DNA of 64,000 nucleotides from Azolla caroliniana (lineage: Eukaryota > Plantae > Polypodiophyta): positions 868,001 to 932,000 of the forward strand of contig JBHGNT010000011.1 of assembly GCA_043228905.1 (NCBI GenBank), in the 5' to 3' direction. Below are positions 50,889 through 63,015 of this stretch, piece by piece. How positions within the stretch are numbered: position 1 is the stretch's first letter; every line of letters starts with the position of its first letter. The translations under genes were made by a program, and so were the position numbers. The notes under the pieces were generated by a model. It did no database searches. It was given only the letters and a program-made list of their open reading frames with translations, and had not been told where the DNA came from.

Positions 50889-53800
50889 GTGAAAGGGCGG
50901 CAAAGGAGTCGAAAGATGAGGGGATCAGAGCTAGCAGAGGCAATGGCGGTGGCCGTCGACCGGCTGGTGAGCGCTTGTGAGGGAACGGGTACCCTCGACA
51001 GAGCCATTGAATCGATCGTTGGCTCTATAGGCCGTTTTGGAGGGAAAGACGCCACAAGTTATTTGGAGGCTTACCGGGCCGAAATGATCATGAGGGATAT
51101 CTCGGTGGATAGGCGGCTGTCCGGATTCCCTCGGGTGGTGACGCTGGGCATCCATGCGGAGGTGCTCAAGGTGCTGGCCAGATGCCAGACTTGGGAGGAG
51201 TTCGAGTTGTAGCTCCTCGAGAAGTACGGGTTTGACGACTTGCTCCGGCTGTCAAGGCGGGACTTCATGGCGTGGGTGGAAAGCCCCGGAAAAGGAAGGA
51301 ACACGTCGGTGCTCCTCCAGAAGTTCGAAAAACGGTTCGCGCGGCTGTCGACGCTGGACCGGACGGTGCTCGAAACAAGTCGAGTACTGTTGTTTGTCAA
51401 GTCGGTGGATGCGCTCGACAGGGAAAAGGTGGGGCCCCTATTGGAAACGGACCAAGGGCTCACGATAGACTGGGCCGTGGTAAAATGGGTCTGCAACCGT
51501 TTCGACAAACGACGTGATTGGAGCAACGGAAGCACGTCGGGGTTGGGGCCGGTCCTGGGGAGGAGGCTCGAGGAGCCGGTTTCGGTGCCGACTGGGAGGA
51601 AGGAACAGACCCGAATCTGGTCGGAGTCGGGGTCGGCATCGAACGACGTGGTCAGAGGCCCATCCGGAGGAGCGGCTCTGGAGGAGCTAACACAGATGGT
51701 GCACGACCTGCAGATCACACATGCCCGAAGAGACAGCGGTGAACAACCTCGCGACCGAAGGCCACCGGCTGGGCAGCGGTGCATGTGGTGTGACGCGATC
51801 GGTCACATTCGGAAGGATTGCGCGGATTTCGCCGATGCGCTCAGGACCAACGTGGTGTACCTCTGGAACGGGCGGGTGCAAGCGAGCGAGACCCGGAGAG
51901 CCCTGGAATGGAATACGGGGCGCGGCGGAATGAAGAGGTTGATGGAAGAGGCCGCAACATGGCACGTCGAAGCCGTTAACTACTCAGTGTTGACGAGAAT
52001 TCGGGTCGGGGGTGATGAGACCCGGATGGCGAAGGACTCCGGATTCTAGCCGCTAGTGCTAGAAGGCCTCTCCGGAGTTCGGCTGAGGAAGGAAGAGGCG
52101 GACCGCGCGGAACAGCGGGTCCAGGAGGTCACCGGTTGGGACGATCCGGTCGAAAAGAAAACGGGCTTCGTAGAAGCCGCTTGCCAGAACTACGAGGTTC
52201 TGGTGGAGGACAAACAGGCAGGAAAGGCCAGAGGGGTTGGCCCCCCGAGGTATGAGACCCGGTTCGGACCGAAACCGACCGGTGCCGGCAACCTAGGCGT
52301 GCCGGATGGGAAGAAGCAGGCGGGGTTTCGGTTGAGCACCGAAATCGAGAGAGCAACGGTCCTACGGAAGGTTCTTGAAGAGCGAATCCTCGACAATAAA
52401 GTTGAGTTGTCGTTGCGGGAGGTGCTGGGAATTGCCAAGAGGGAGTTCCACGACTCTATCGTAGACTTGGTGAAGTGGAAGAGGCTCTCGACGGAGCCGG
52501 TGGAAGTGCGGACCACGCACCTGGAAGACGGAGCCCTGGAAGATGAGCTGGCGGGAAGCCACTACACGAAGCCGCATTGGGCCAGGGCGACTATGGAAAC
52601 CCCTGTACGGATCGACAACGTTCTGGAACCGGTGGTGGCGTTGGTAGACCATGGATCCGAAATCAACCTGATGTCCATGGATTTCTACAAGAAGGGTAAA
52701 TGGCCGATCAACACCAAGCATGGCTGGAAGATACGAGCAGCGACACGCACCACGGAAGAACTACATAGGCCTGTCCGAACGTACGGGTGAAAATCAGCGA
52801 TGTCAAGATCGACCAACACTTCTTCGTGTAGGAGACGTCCTCGCATCCGGTTATACTAGGAGAGCCATATATCACGGCGGCACGGATGGAGACCAAGGTG
52901 CTGGACAACGGTTCAGCCTATGCAAGAGTCAAGAGCCAGGACATGCGTCACTCGGTCCAGTTCCTAACGGTGCGACCAAACCACGAGCGTGACCGCGAGG
53001 CCCTTGGCAGCGAAACCCGAGGGGATTTTTAGAGAGGGTTGTCAAGGCGTGGGGCTGCGATAGTCCGGACACCCGGGAAGAACCCCACAAATGTACAATA
53101 CGGAAGAAGACCTGTACCATAGGTAGGAAATTCTGGTTCTCCGACAACGGAGGTTGTACTATGACCGACGTCAGCGGCCGGGAGAGGAAGCGAGCGGAGG
53201 AGCGGCTCAGGGGATGCGGAGTCCTCTTCCCCGACGAGGACATCAACGGCGTCGTGGAGGCGGTCTCTTTTGACGACACCTTGGGCGAACTACGAAAGGT
53301 GATCGGTGAAGACCTTAGGGAGGACTGAACCGTTCCGGTGGGGTCAATGGGAATTACAAAGTCATCGGAGACTTCGGGTAAAGGATCGGGTCGGATCGGA
53401 GGGCCCGCGTTGATACGAAATACAAGACTGTGGACTGGAAGGTGAGGCCAGTCGCGGCACCCTTGCCGGAGGGCAGCGAGGAGCGGATAAAAGGGGTCGC
53501 GTCGGACCCAAGTTTACGAAATCCGGCTGGCATAGGGCACCAGTTCACCGACATAATGCTACAGGAGCTCAAGGTCAGTGGGGGCGGCTTCCTACTGCCG
53601 GCGGAGGAGGACCGGTTTCGGAGAATGCTCGGGAGGCACGGGAAGGCTTTCGCATTCTCACCGGAGGAGATCGGGTGCGTAGACCCGACAGTTGTCAAAC
53701 CGATGGTGATCTTCATGGTACCGCATGTACGGTGGAATCTCAAGCCGATTCCGGTGCCAAGAGGTCACATCCCGAAGTTGATGGAGCTCCTAAAGCAAAA

Positions 53801-56050
53801 GGTGGAGATGGGCGTCCTGGAACCGTCGAGTGCCCGTACTCAAATCGGTGGTTTATGGTGCCGAAGAAGAACGGCACGCTGCGCTTCATCCAGGACCTAC
53901 AACCGGTCAACAAGGTGACCATCCGTAATGCAGGGATCGGACCGACCATAGACGAGTTCGCGGAGGCCTTCGCTGGAAGGTCGATCTATTTTGTCGGTGA
54001 TCTGTACTCGGGGTACGATCAGTTCCAACTAGCCGTGGAGAGCAGAGACATTACGACGATGCGAACTCCTCTCGGCCTGGTGCAGATGTGTACCTTGCCA
54101 CAAGGAGGGACGAACTTAGTGGCTCACATGGTGAACGCGATGAACAAAGTGCTCAGGGATTGTATCCCGGACATCACCATGCTGTTCTTAGACGACATCC
54201 TGATCAAGGGATGCCCGGTGGAGAAAAGGGACGAGGCAATCGAGCTGGACGGATGTCGGAATTTTGTGGCGTCCCACATCGATGACTGCGAGAAGGTGCT
54301 ACAGAGACTAGAGCGCGCGAGGCTCACCTTCTCCGGGGAAAAGTCGGCCTTCGGACAGTCGGAGATCTTGGTGGTCGGACACCTGTGCGGGCCTTACGGT
54401 AGGAAACCGTCTCCGGCAAAGGTAGAGGCCATCTCCGCGATGAGGAACGTTTGCGGGTCGGTCACGGAGGTTCGCAGATTCTTGGGGGCATGTGCGTTCT
54501 ATCACATCTGGATCCTGCACTACGCACATGTCGCGGAACCCCTCTACGGATTGCTGAAAAAGGGGCGTAGCTTTGAGTTGAGGATGGAGCACATGGAGTC
54601 GGTTCGGAGACTAAAGGAGGCGCTTACGGCAATGCCGGCTCTCCGTAAAGCGGTTTACGGTGGACACCAGCCCGATCGGGATCGGGTGGGTAATCAGTCA
54701 GGAGGACAAGGGCAGCGTACGATTCCCGATCTGGTTCGGGGCGAAGGTATTGAGCGAGCGGCAGCGAGGGTGCGCCCAAGTTAAGCGCGAACTTTGGGGT
54801 GTCGTTTCGGCAGTCAAGGCCGACAAGGATTATCTGATCGGGACGGAGGTGATTATCGAGACGGACTGCCTGCCGATACTTGGCATGGTTTCTGGATGCG
54901 CGACGCCGGACCTAACAATGCTCTGGTGGATAGCGTACATTAAGTCCCTGAACCCGGAGATACGACACATCTCCGGAAAGGACAACGCCATGGCCGACAT
55001 GCTTTCGAGGGCAAGGTTCAACGACTAAGGTGGCATGGTTTCGGAAGACGAAGAAGTCGGCGAGGACTTCTTCGGATCGGCTAACGTAACGACGAGGGAA
55101 GGGAACACTCCGGCGCTTAACGAATTTGACGAAAGCAGGTACGACGGGGAGTGGCTCCAAATCGGGCGGTTCCTACGGACGATGACCCCGGACGCAGCAT
55201 GGGTGAGAGAGGAGGCGAGCCGGATACAGAGGAAAGCGTACCGATTCTTCCTGAGGGACGAGTGCATATGGAAAGACCCAAAGAAGAGAAGCGGCACCCC
55301 ACTCCGAGTAGTGGCAAAGAAAGAAGAACAGGGGAAACTACTGGCGGCATTCCACGAGAGCCCATGGGCCGGACACCGCGGAACGTGGGCCACGTTCGAG
55401 AAGCTGAAGGAGAAGTACTGGTGGCCGGGGCTATACCAGGACGTGCATCGGTTCATAACGACTTGCGAAAGCTGTCAGATACACTCCGTAGTCCGACACC
55501 GGGACGAGCTTCACCCGACCTACCCGCCTACAGTCCATTTCAAGTGGATGGTGGACTTGGTGACGATGCCGATGGGGGTAGGACAGATGCGATACCTGGT
55601 GCTTGCACGGGAAGACTTAACGAACCAGGTGGAAGGCCGTACACTGCAAAGCAAGACAACCGCGGTGGTATGCCGGTTCCTGAAATCGAAGAAGTAGTGT
55701 GTCGGTACGGGTGTGTCGGGAGGATCGTGGCGGACCGGGGAGAGCTAGATGCGCGGGAGGCCGAGGAGCTGTTCGACCGGCTAGGCGTCAAACTCTCCCT
55801 CACCACGGCGTACAATCCGGAGGCGAACGGAAAGGTGGAATGCGGGCACAGACCGATTGTAAAGGCGTTGGTGCGTGCATGCGGTGGGCAGGTCGGGAAT
55901 TGGCCGCGACTCCTTCCATACGCGCTATGTACGGACCGGACTACGCATAGTTCGGTGACATGGTTTATGCCGACAGAGCTAATGTACGGACAAAAGCCGA
56001 TCATGCCGGTGGAACGAACGGTTTCTTCGTGGGCGGCGGTATATTGGAAG
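50889..56050 (+). pseudogene. G3 gag-PR / RT-RH-IN coding region (decayed; integrase tail resumes at 61884-62324)
   Basis: ORFs 50889, 51240 and 52056 share one frame from gag into PR. RT 53675-54784, RH 54660-55028, IN 55035-56050. Confidence 0.92.
53023..53088 (+). promoter_or_regulatory. Predicted -1 ribosomal frameshift signal (slippery G GAU UUU plus pseudoknot) in G3
   Basis: Heptamer 53023-53029, spacer UAGAGA. Stem 1 GGGUUGUC 53036-43 / GAUAGUCC 53059-66; stem 2 GUGGGG 53049-54 / CCCCAC 53083-88. Confidence 0.75.
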
Positions 56051-59000
56051 TGACAGGAACTGCACGCTCCCTATACGCAACGCTTGGCCACAACCGAGCT
56101 TAGAATCATACAGAGAAAACGGGAAATAAATGCACGACACAAGAAGAGAAGAGTACACAGGATGTTTACGTGGAAAACCCCAAACTAGGGAAAAAACCAC
56201 AACAGCCCACAGGCTGCAAACTATCACTATGTTAGAATGTACAACAGTGAGTTCACGGAGGCACCGACCTCGTGCTCACGATCTTCGCTATAGGCGGCGG
56301 TTACAATAGAGGCAACAACCTCTTTCTCTCTCTCTCTCTCTCTCTGTACACGGTTACGCGCTCTCTCTCTTCTTGCACCAACAAGAATAACAACAACTCT
56401 ACATCACTCACAATAAGTTTGCCCTAAGTCATATTTATACTAATATGAATTTTCGGCTATTTACAAATATAGCCTCGATGGGCTCTCAGATACATATTTA
56501 CGAATATGTCTCTTCATCTGGTGAGCACTCCTCATCGGGTCTGCAACATCCGGCTCTCCGTAGCCGGGTACTCCTCATCCGGTTCTCACCGGGTCTGCAC
56601 CATCCGACTCTCCGAAGCCGGGTACTCCTCATCCGGTTCTCACCGGGTCTGCACCATCCGGCTCTCCGAAGCCGGGTACTCCTCATCCGGTTCTCACCGG
56701 TTCTACACCATCTGGCTCTCCGAAGCCGGGTACTCCTCATCGGTTCTCACCGGGTCTGCACCATCCGGCTCTCCGAAGCCGGGTACTCCTCATTCGGTTC
56801 TCACCGGGTCTGCACCATCCGGCTCTCCGAAGCTGGGTACTCCTCATCCGGTTCTCTCCGGGTCTGCACCATCTGGCTCTCCGAAGCCGGGTACTCCTTA
56901 TCCGGTTCTCACCGGGTCCGCACCATCCGGCTCTCCGTAGCCGGGTACTCGTCTTACGGTTTCGGCCTCGGCCGAGTTTGTTCATCAACACTGTTCTTCT
57001 CCCTTCCCATCCGGAGGGACCTGTCTCCCAACAAACTCCCCCTTCACTCCGGCATGGGGTGTCTTACTAGTCCGATCCTCTTCCGGCATTCATCCAGCTT
57101 GTCGGGTATCAGCACTTTGGTCAGCATATCTGACCCGTTCTCGGCCATGTGGATCTTCGTCAGTGCGAACTCCTGGTCATCTACTCTTTCCCGGATCCAG
57201 TGATATCTTCGATGGATATGCTTCGTCCGGGAATGGTAGGCCGCATTCTTAGCAAGATGGATGGCACTTTGACTGTCGCAATAGAGTCGGTATTCATCTT
57301 GCGGGATACTGAGGTGTCCGATGAAGTCCTTCATCCATAATATTTCCTTGCTGGCTTCCACAGCTGCCATGTACTCCGCCTCCGTGGTTGACAATGCAAC
57401 CGTCTTCTGCAGCCTCGACTGCCACGAAACAGCTCCCCCTGCATATGTCATTACATACCCGGATGTAGACCGGCTGGTATCCACAACAGCCGACATGTCT
57501 GAATCGGTGAAACCGTCAAGTTGAGGTTTTCCGGAGTCCAATCGGAGACAGATATTTGAAGTGCCCTTCAAGTACCGGAGTATCCATTTGACCGCGTTCC
57601 AGTGCTCCTTGCCGGGATTGCTCATAAACCGGCTCACCACTCCGACTGCGTATCCTATATCCAGTCGGGTACACACCATTGCGTACATCAAGCTCCCGAC
57701 AACAGAGGCATATGGAATCTTCATCATATCCGCCTTCTCTGCTTTCGTGTTCGGGCTTTGATTACCGGATAGCCTGCAGTTTGCCGGAAGTGTCGATCCG
57801 ACCGGTTTCGCATCTGACATGTTGAACCGCTGAAGCACCTTTGTCACGTACTTCTCTTGTGACAGCCATAATTGCTTCATTGACCGGTTCCAAATAATAT
57901 GCATCCCCAACATCTGTCTTGCCGGACCCAAGTCTTTCATTGAGAAGGTCCGGTTGAGAGCCTTCTTCAGCATCCGTATTTTGGCTTGGTCCCGTCCGAC
58001 GATCAACATGTCTTCCACGTACAGAAGGAGTATCAGGAAGTCGCCTCCTTCGAACTTCTTCACAAACATGCAGTGATCGGCTTGCGTCTTGTGGTACCCT
58101 TGATCGGTCATGAAGGAATCGAACTTCCGGTACCATTGTCGGGGAGCCTGCTTTAGTCCGTACAGGGTCTTCTTCAGCCGGCATACCAGGTGCTCCTTCC
58201 CTTTCTCCACAAATCCCTCCGGTTGTGGCATGTAGATCTCCTCTTCGAGGTCACCGTGAAGGAATGCCGTCTTCACGTCAAGCTGTTCTACCTCGAGGTT
58301 CATGCTTGCCGCTATACTCAGCACCGTCCGGATGGAGGTCATCTTTACTACCGGGGCAAATATCTCGTCAAAGTCCACGCCCTTTTTCTACTGGAACCCC
58401 TTCACCACAATCCTGGCTTTGTATCTCGGGGGGTTGCCGGCATCTCCCGGTTTCAACTTGTACACCCACTTGTTTCGGAGTGCCCGCTTTCCTTTCGGCA
58501 ACTCCACCAATTCGTACGTATGGTTCTCATGCAGGGAATCCATCTCATCCTGCATGTCACTTAACCATTTGCGGCTGTGGGTGTCATCCTTCGCTTCTTC
58601 GAAGCTTTCCGGTTCCCCCTCATCGGTCAGCAGAACATGCTCTGCATCCGGAAATCTCCGGGGGGGCCTTCTCTCTCTGAGAGGATATCTCCGTCTTCGG
58701 GCTTCGGTAACCGGCTCCTCCATTTTCTCTTCATCCGAATCCGATTCGGGGTCTTGGCTGGTTCCGGTTTCAGCTTCCTCTACTTCTTCTTCAGCTTGTT
58801 CGGTATCCTCAACGTAACCGGCTGGTCCCTCGAGTGCTAACCGGTCTCTTGCCGGTTGGGTCTGCTCATCGTAGAGTCGATCCTTACCGGTCGACTCAGA
58901 GTTCATTATCTTCTTCTCCGACTCCCAGTCGGCGACCGTCTTGTCCTCCATGAAGATAATATCTCGACTCCATCTCATCCTTCTTGTCGACCAGGTCCCA

Positions 59001-61878
59001 CACCCGGTAGCCGAACTCATCGTCACCGTAACCGAGGAATATGCATGGCCGGGTCTTTGGATCTAACTTTCCTCTCCGGTCCTTAGCTACATGCACGTAC
59101 GCGAGACACCCGAACACCTTCAGATGCCGGTAGGATACTTCCTTACCGGTCCACACTCTCTGTGGCGTGTCTCCGTCCAAGGGTACTGAGGGTGATCTAT
59201 TTATCACATATGTCGCCGTCGACAATGCCTCAACCCAAAACTTCTTGGGTAGTTTTGCATGCGCTAGCATACTTCGGACCCACTCCATTATGGTCCGGTT
59301 CATCCTCTCGGCCAGTCCGTTTAGTTCCGGTGTCTTCGGCACAATGAATTCGTGCCGGATTCCCTTCGAGCGGCAGTACTCCTCGAACTGCCCCCAGTAT
59401 TCTCCTCCGTTATCTGCTCGAACCGCCTTCAGCTTCCGGCCGGTTTCTCTTTCCACTCTCGCATGGAGCTCTTTGAAGACGGATAGCACCTGATCCTTCA
59501 TCTTCAACGGTGTGGCCCACAACTTCCGGCTGTGGTCATCTATGAACGTCACGAAGTACTGCGCTCCGGCATGTGACTTCGTATCTACTTGACACACATC
59601 CGTATGCACCAACTCCAGTGGTGCATTACGTCTCATCGGTGGCCTTGGTCGGAAGGAGGTCCGGTTTTGCTTACCGGCCAGACAATCAGTGCACTTCTCC
59701 AAGTGCACGTTCTTCACTGGAATGAGGTTTTCGTCTGTAAGCCTCTTCATCCCCTTCTCGCTCATATGACACAACCTCTTGTGCCACAGCTCACCGGCAG
59801 TGTCAGATGCCACATTCACTTCTTCCAGACATAACCGGACATTCATCAGGTATAGTGTGTTGACCTTCCGGGCCCGAGCCACAATCAGGCTCCCTTCCTG
59901 AACTTCATGACACCGTTCCAGATGCTACCCGTGTAGCCTTCATCATCTAGCCGACCGGCTGATATCAGGTTCAGACAAACCTCCGGAACGTGTCAGACAT
60001 CCTTCAGCAGCAACTTGCATCCTGTTGGTGTTGTCAGCCACACGTCTCCTATGCCGACAATTCGGCATGTACCTTCATTCCCCATCCAGACACAGTCGTG
60101 ATCACCAGCTGAGTAGAATGAGAAGCATTTCTGGTCCGGGGTAAGGTGGAACGACGCTCCGGAGTCTACCACCCAGGTCATCTCGTCGCCGGCAAGGTTT
60201 ATCTCACACTCCTCGGTGATGAGCATAAACTCTTCTTCACTTGCCGCGATTGTCGTCGTTCCCTTCCGGTCCGGCCCCCTCCGGTCTTTACCGTTCCGGT
60301 CCGGGGTCCGCTTCGAATCGGTACCATCGGTTTCCTTGTCTTTTCGGAAATGCCGACAGTTCTTTTGGAAGTGTCCCGGCTTGCCACAATAGAAGCAAGT
60401 GGGCCTCCCCCTTGACTTTGACCGTGTCCCCGACTTCTCCCGGTTCTGGGGAGTACGGTTTCTATGTCTTCCGCGTTCCGATTCGGTAAGGAGCGCTTTG
60501 GAGCTCGTATCTTTATCTTTCTGACGCGCCTCCTCATCTAGCAAGCTCGACTTTACTCTTGCTAGGGATAATCGCTTTCCTTCCGGCCCGGCGTTGCCCA
60601 AAGTGACAACCAACGTCTCCCAGCTATACGGGAGGGAACCGAGCAAGAGTAACGCTAGTACCTCATCAGCGAGAGGTACTTCCAATGAAGTTGCCTGGTG
60701 GATCAGCCCTTGGAAGGCATTCATGTGCTCCGCCATGCTGGAGCCATCTTGGTACCGGAGTCTTACTAGATTCCGGAATACCGAAACCTGATTAACAACA
60801 TTTTTGTTCTGAAACATAATGCTGATCTTCTCCTAGAGCTCATGAGCCTTGCTCTCTTCATTGAAGTTGTTGTATAGACTCATGTCGATGAAACACTGTA
60901 TGTACGCCGTTGTGTTCATGTGCATCACCTCCCATATCGTGGCATCGATTTTGTCCGGTCTCTTATCCCCAAACTGAACCGGCAGCCAAAGATCTTTAAC
61001 CACGAGCATATCCCTCATCTTCGACTTCCACACTGAATAGTTGGAGCCGGTGAGCTTGAACATGCCGCCCAACGATTCATCCATTTTCTGCGTCGTTTCG
61101 CTCTGATACCACTTGACAGGAACTGTACACTCCCTATACGCAACGCTCGGCCACAACCGAGCTTAGAATCATACACAGAAAACGGGAAATAAATGCACGA
61201 CACAAGAAGAGAAGAGTACACAGGATGTTTACGTAGAAAACCCCCAAACTAGGGAAAAAACCACGGCAGCCCACAAGCTGCAAACTATCACTATGTTAGA
61301 ATGTACAACAGTGAGTTCACGGAGGCACCGACCTCGTGCTCACGATCTTCGCCATAGGCGGCAGTTACAACAGAGGCAACAACCTCTTTCTCTCTCTCTC
61401 TCTCTGTACACGGTTACACGCTCTCTCTCTTCTTGCACCAACAAGAATAACAACAACTCTACATCACTCACAATAAGTTTGCCCTAAGTCATATTTATAC
61501 TAATATGAATTTTCGGTTATTTACAAATATAGCCTCGATGGGCTCTCAGATACATATTTACGAATATGTCTCTTCATCTGGTGAGCACTCCTCATCGGGT
61601 CTGCAACATCCGGCTCTCCGTAGCCGGGTACTCCTCATCCGGTTCTCACTGGGTCTGCACCATTCGGCTCTCCGAAGCCGGGTACTCCTCATCTGGTTCT
61701 CACCGGGTCTGCACCATCCGGCTCTCCGAAGCCGGGTACTCCTCATCTGGTTCTCACCGGGTCTACACCATCCGACTCTCCGTAGCCGGGTACTCTTCAT
61801 ACGGTTTCGGCCTCGGCTGAGTTTGTTCATCAGCATTGTTCTTCTCCCTTCCCATCTGGAGGGACTTGTCTCCCAATA
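56051..61878 (-). mobile_element. Copia C3: full-length, nested in G3
   Basis: 5' LTR 61114-61878, 3' LTR 56051-57033, perfect TSD GGAAG, iMet PBS 61100-61111, PPT 57036-57043. 54-bp tandem arrays lie in both LTRs. Confidence 0.96.
57044..61084 (-). pseudogene. Copia C3 gag-pol, with several stops and frameshifts
   Basis: ATG at 61084 (MDESLGGMFKLTGSNYSVWK). Fragments 59993-60817, 58896-59882, 58388-59026 and 57044-58378 carry PR DSG, IN, RT (YVED) and RH. Confidence 0.93.
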
Positions 61879-63015
61879 GGAAGGACGAAATGAGCCGGGA
61901 GGAGTTGCTGGCGGCATGGATTTGGCAACTCGAGCGGAGGCCGGAGGACGTGATATAGGCGAAGGAAAAGTTGCGAGCGGCAAGGGAGCGGAACAAGACC
62001 CGGTTCAACCGGAAAAACCGGTTGCGACCAAAGAAGATCGAGGAAGGTGACTAGGTCTTGGTATACGACAGCAGCCTCGACAATCAGCACAAGGCGGTGC
62101 GAAAGTTTGCTAGGAGATGGTTCGGGCCCTACATGGTGACGAGCGCGAACGACAACGACACGTACAACCTCGCGGAACTCGACGGGACACGGTTAGTGGT
62201 GCCGGTGGCCGGAAAGCGGATCAAAGCTTTCAAAAAGCGGTTCGAAGACGAGCCGGAGCTTGCGAGCGGGAGCGACAACGACGATCAGTTCGGGTCCGGC
62301 GGAGAATCGGAGAGCAACGAGTGAGGCCGGGTTTCTTCAATATCTACCCGTCTCTGGCGTATACCGGTGGATGCGCGGTTTGGTGGGGGTGGATGTCGTG
62401 AAGAAAACCGGCCATAGGCGGAATCGGAGAGAAAGCGCGTAAACCGGCCCTTACATGGATGGACGCGTGACTTGATATTTTGTACACGAACCGGTGGATG
62501 TAAATACTAAGCCGCGCGCATTTATTAAGGGGGGGATTGTGCGTATCCCGGTCAGAGGGACAGGGAATAAAGGAAAGAGGACAAGGGAAAACGGGTATCG
62601 CGCGCGAGGAGGAGGAAAAGCGTTGCTGCAGAACGGAAGGCGGAGCTCTCTCTTCGACTGGGGATCGTCGCTCTCTGCGGGTGTCGGGAGGTCGCTGCCT
62701 CTGCTTCGTGGACAGCCCGTGTGCTTCCAGTAGAATCGCTCCCTTTCCTCTTTTGGTTTCTTTGAATCATGTGACTGTCGTCGGTGTGCGTGAGTAGGGT
62801 CCCCGTGTCGGGCCCGTCACCGCTTTATCGGTTGTAACTATCGGAGTTTGTAATCTCTTGCCATTATAATTAAGTGTTACGTTCTATATCTCTCTTTCTC
62901 GCTTCTACATGTCGGTGAATCTCTCTCTCTGTCTCTCCCTCTCTTGCTCCTCGGTCCAAGACCCCCGTGGTCCCGCCCCTTTTCTACACGTACGCGCGTA
63001 ACAACGCGACATCGT

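Larger units (their letters stand above)
50254..63011 (+). mobile_element. Gypsy G3 (tRNA-Trp primed), structurally complete, with copia C3 nested in its integrase
   Basis: 618-bp LTRs 50254-50871 and 62394-63011, PBS TGGTGAACCCGACGTGAA 50876-50893, PPT ~62381-62393. Gag CMWCDAIGHIRKDC, PR LVDHGSE, RT FLDD, RH, IN with GPY motif (RRWFGPY). Flanks GCGT/TCGT. Confidence 0.96.

Noticed and set aside
56046-56050. Shared copia target motif (C2 GTTCC, C3 CTTCC in element orientation)
   Set aside because: Only two cases, and the C1 flank (AGGTG) does not fit.
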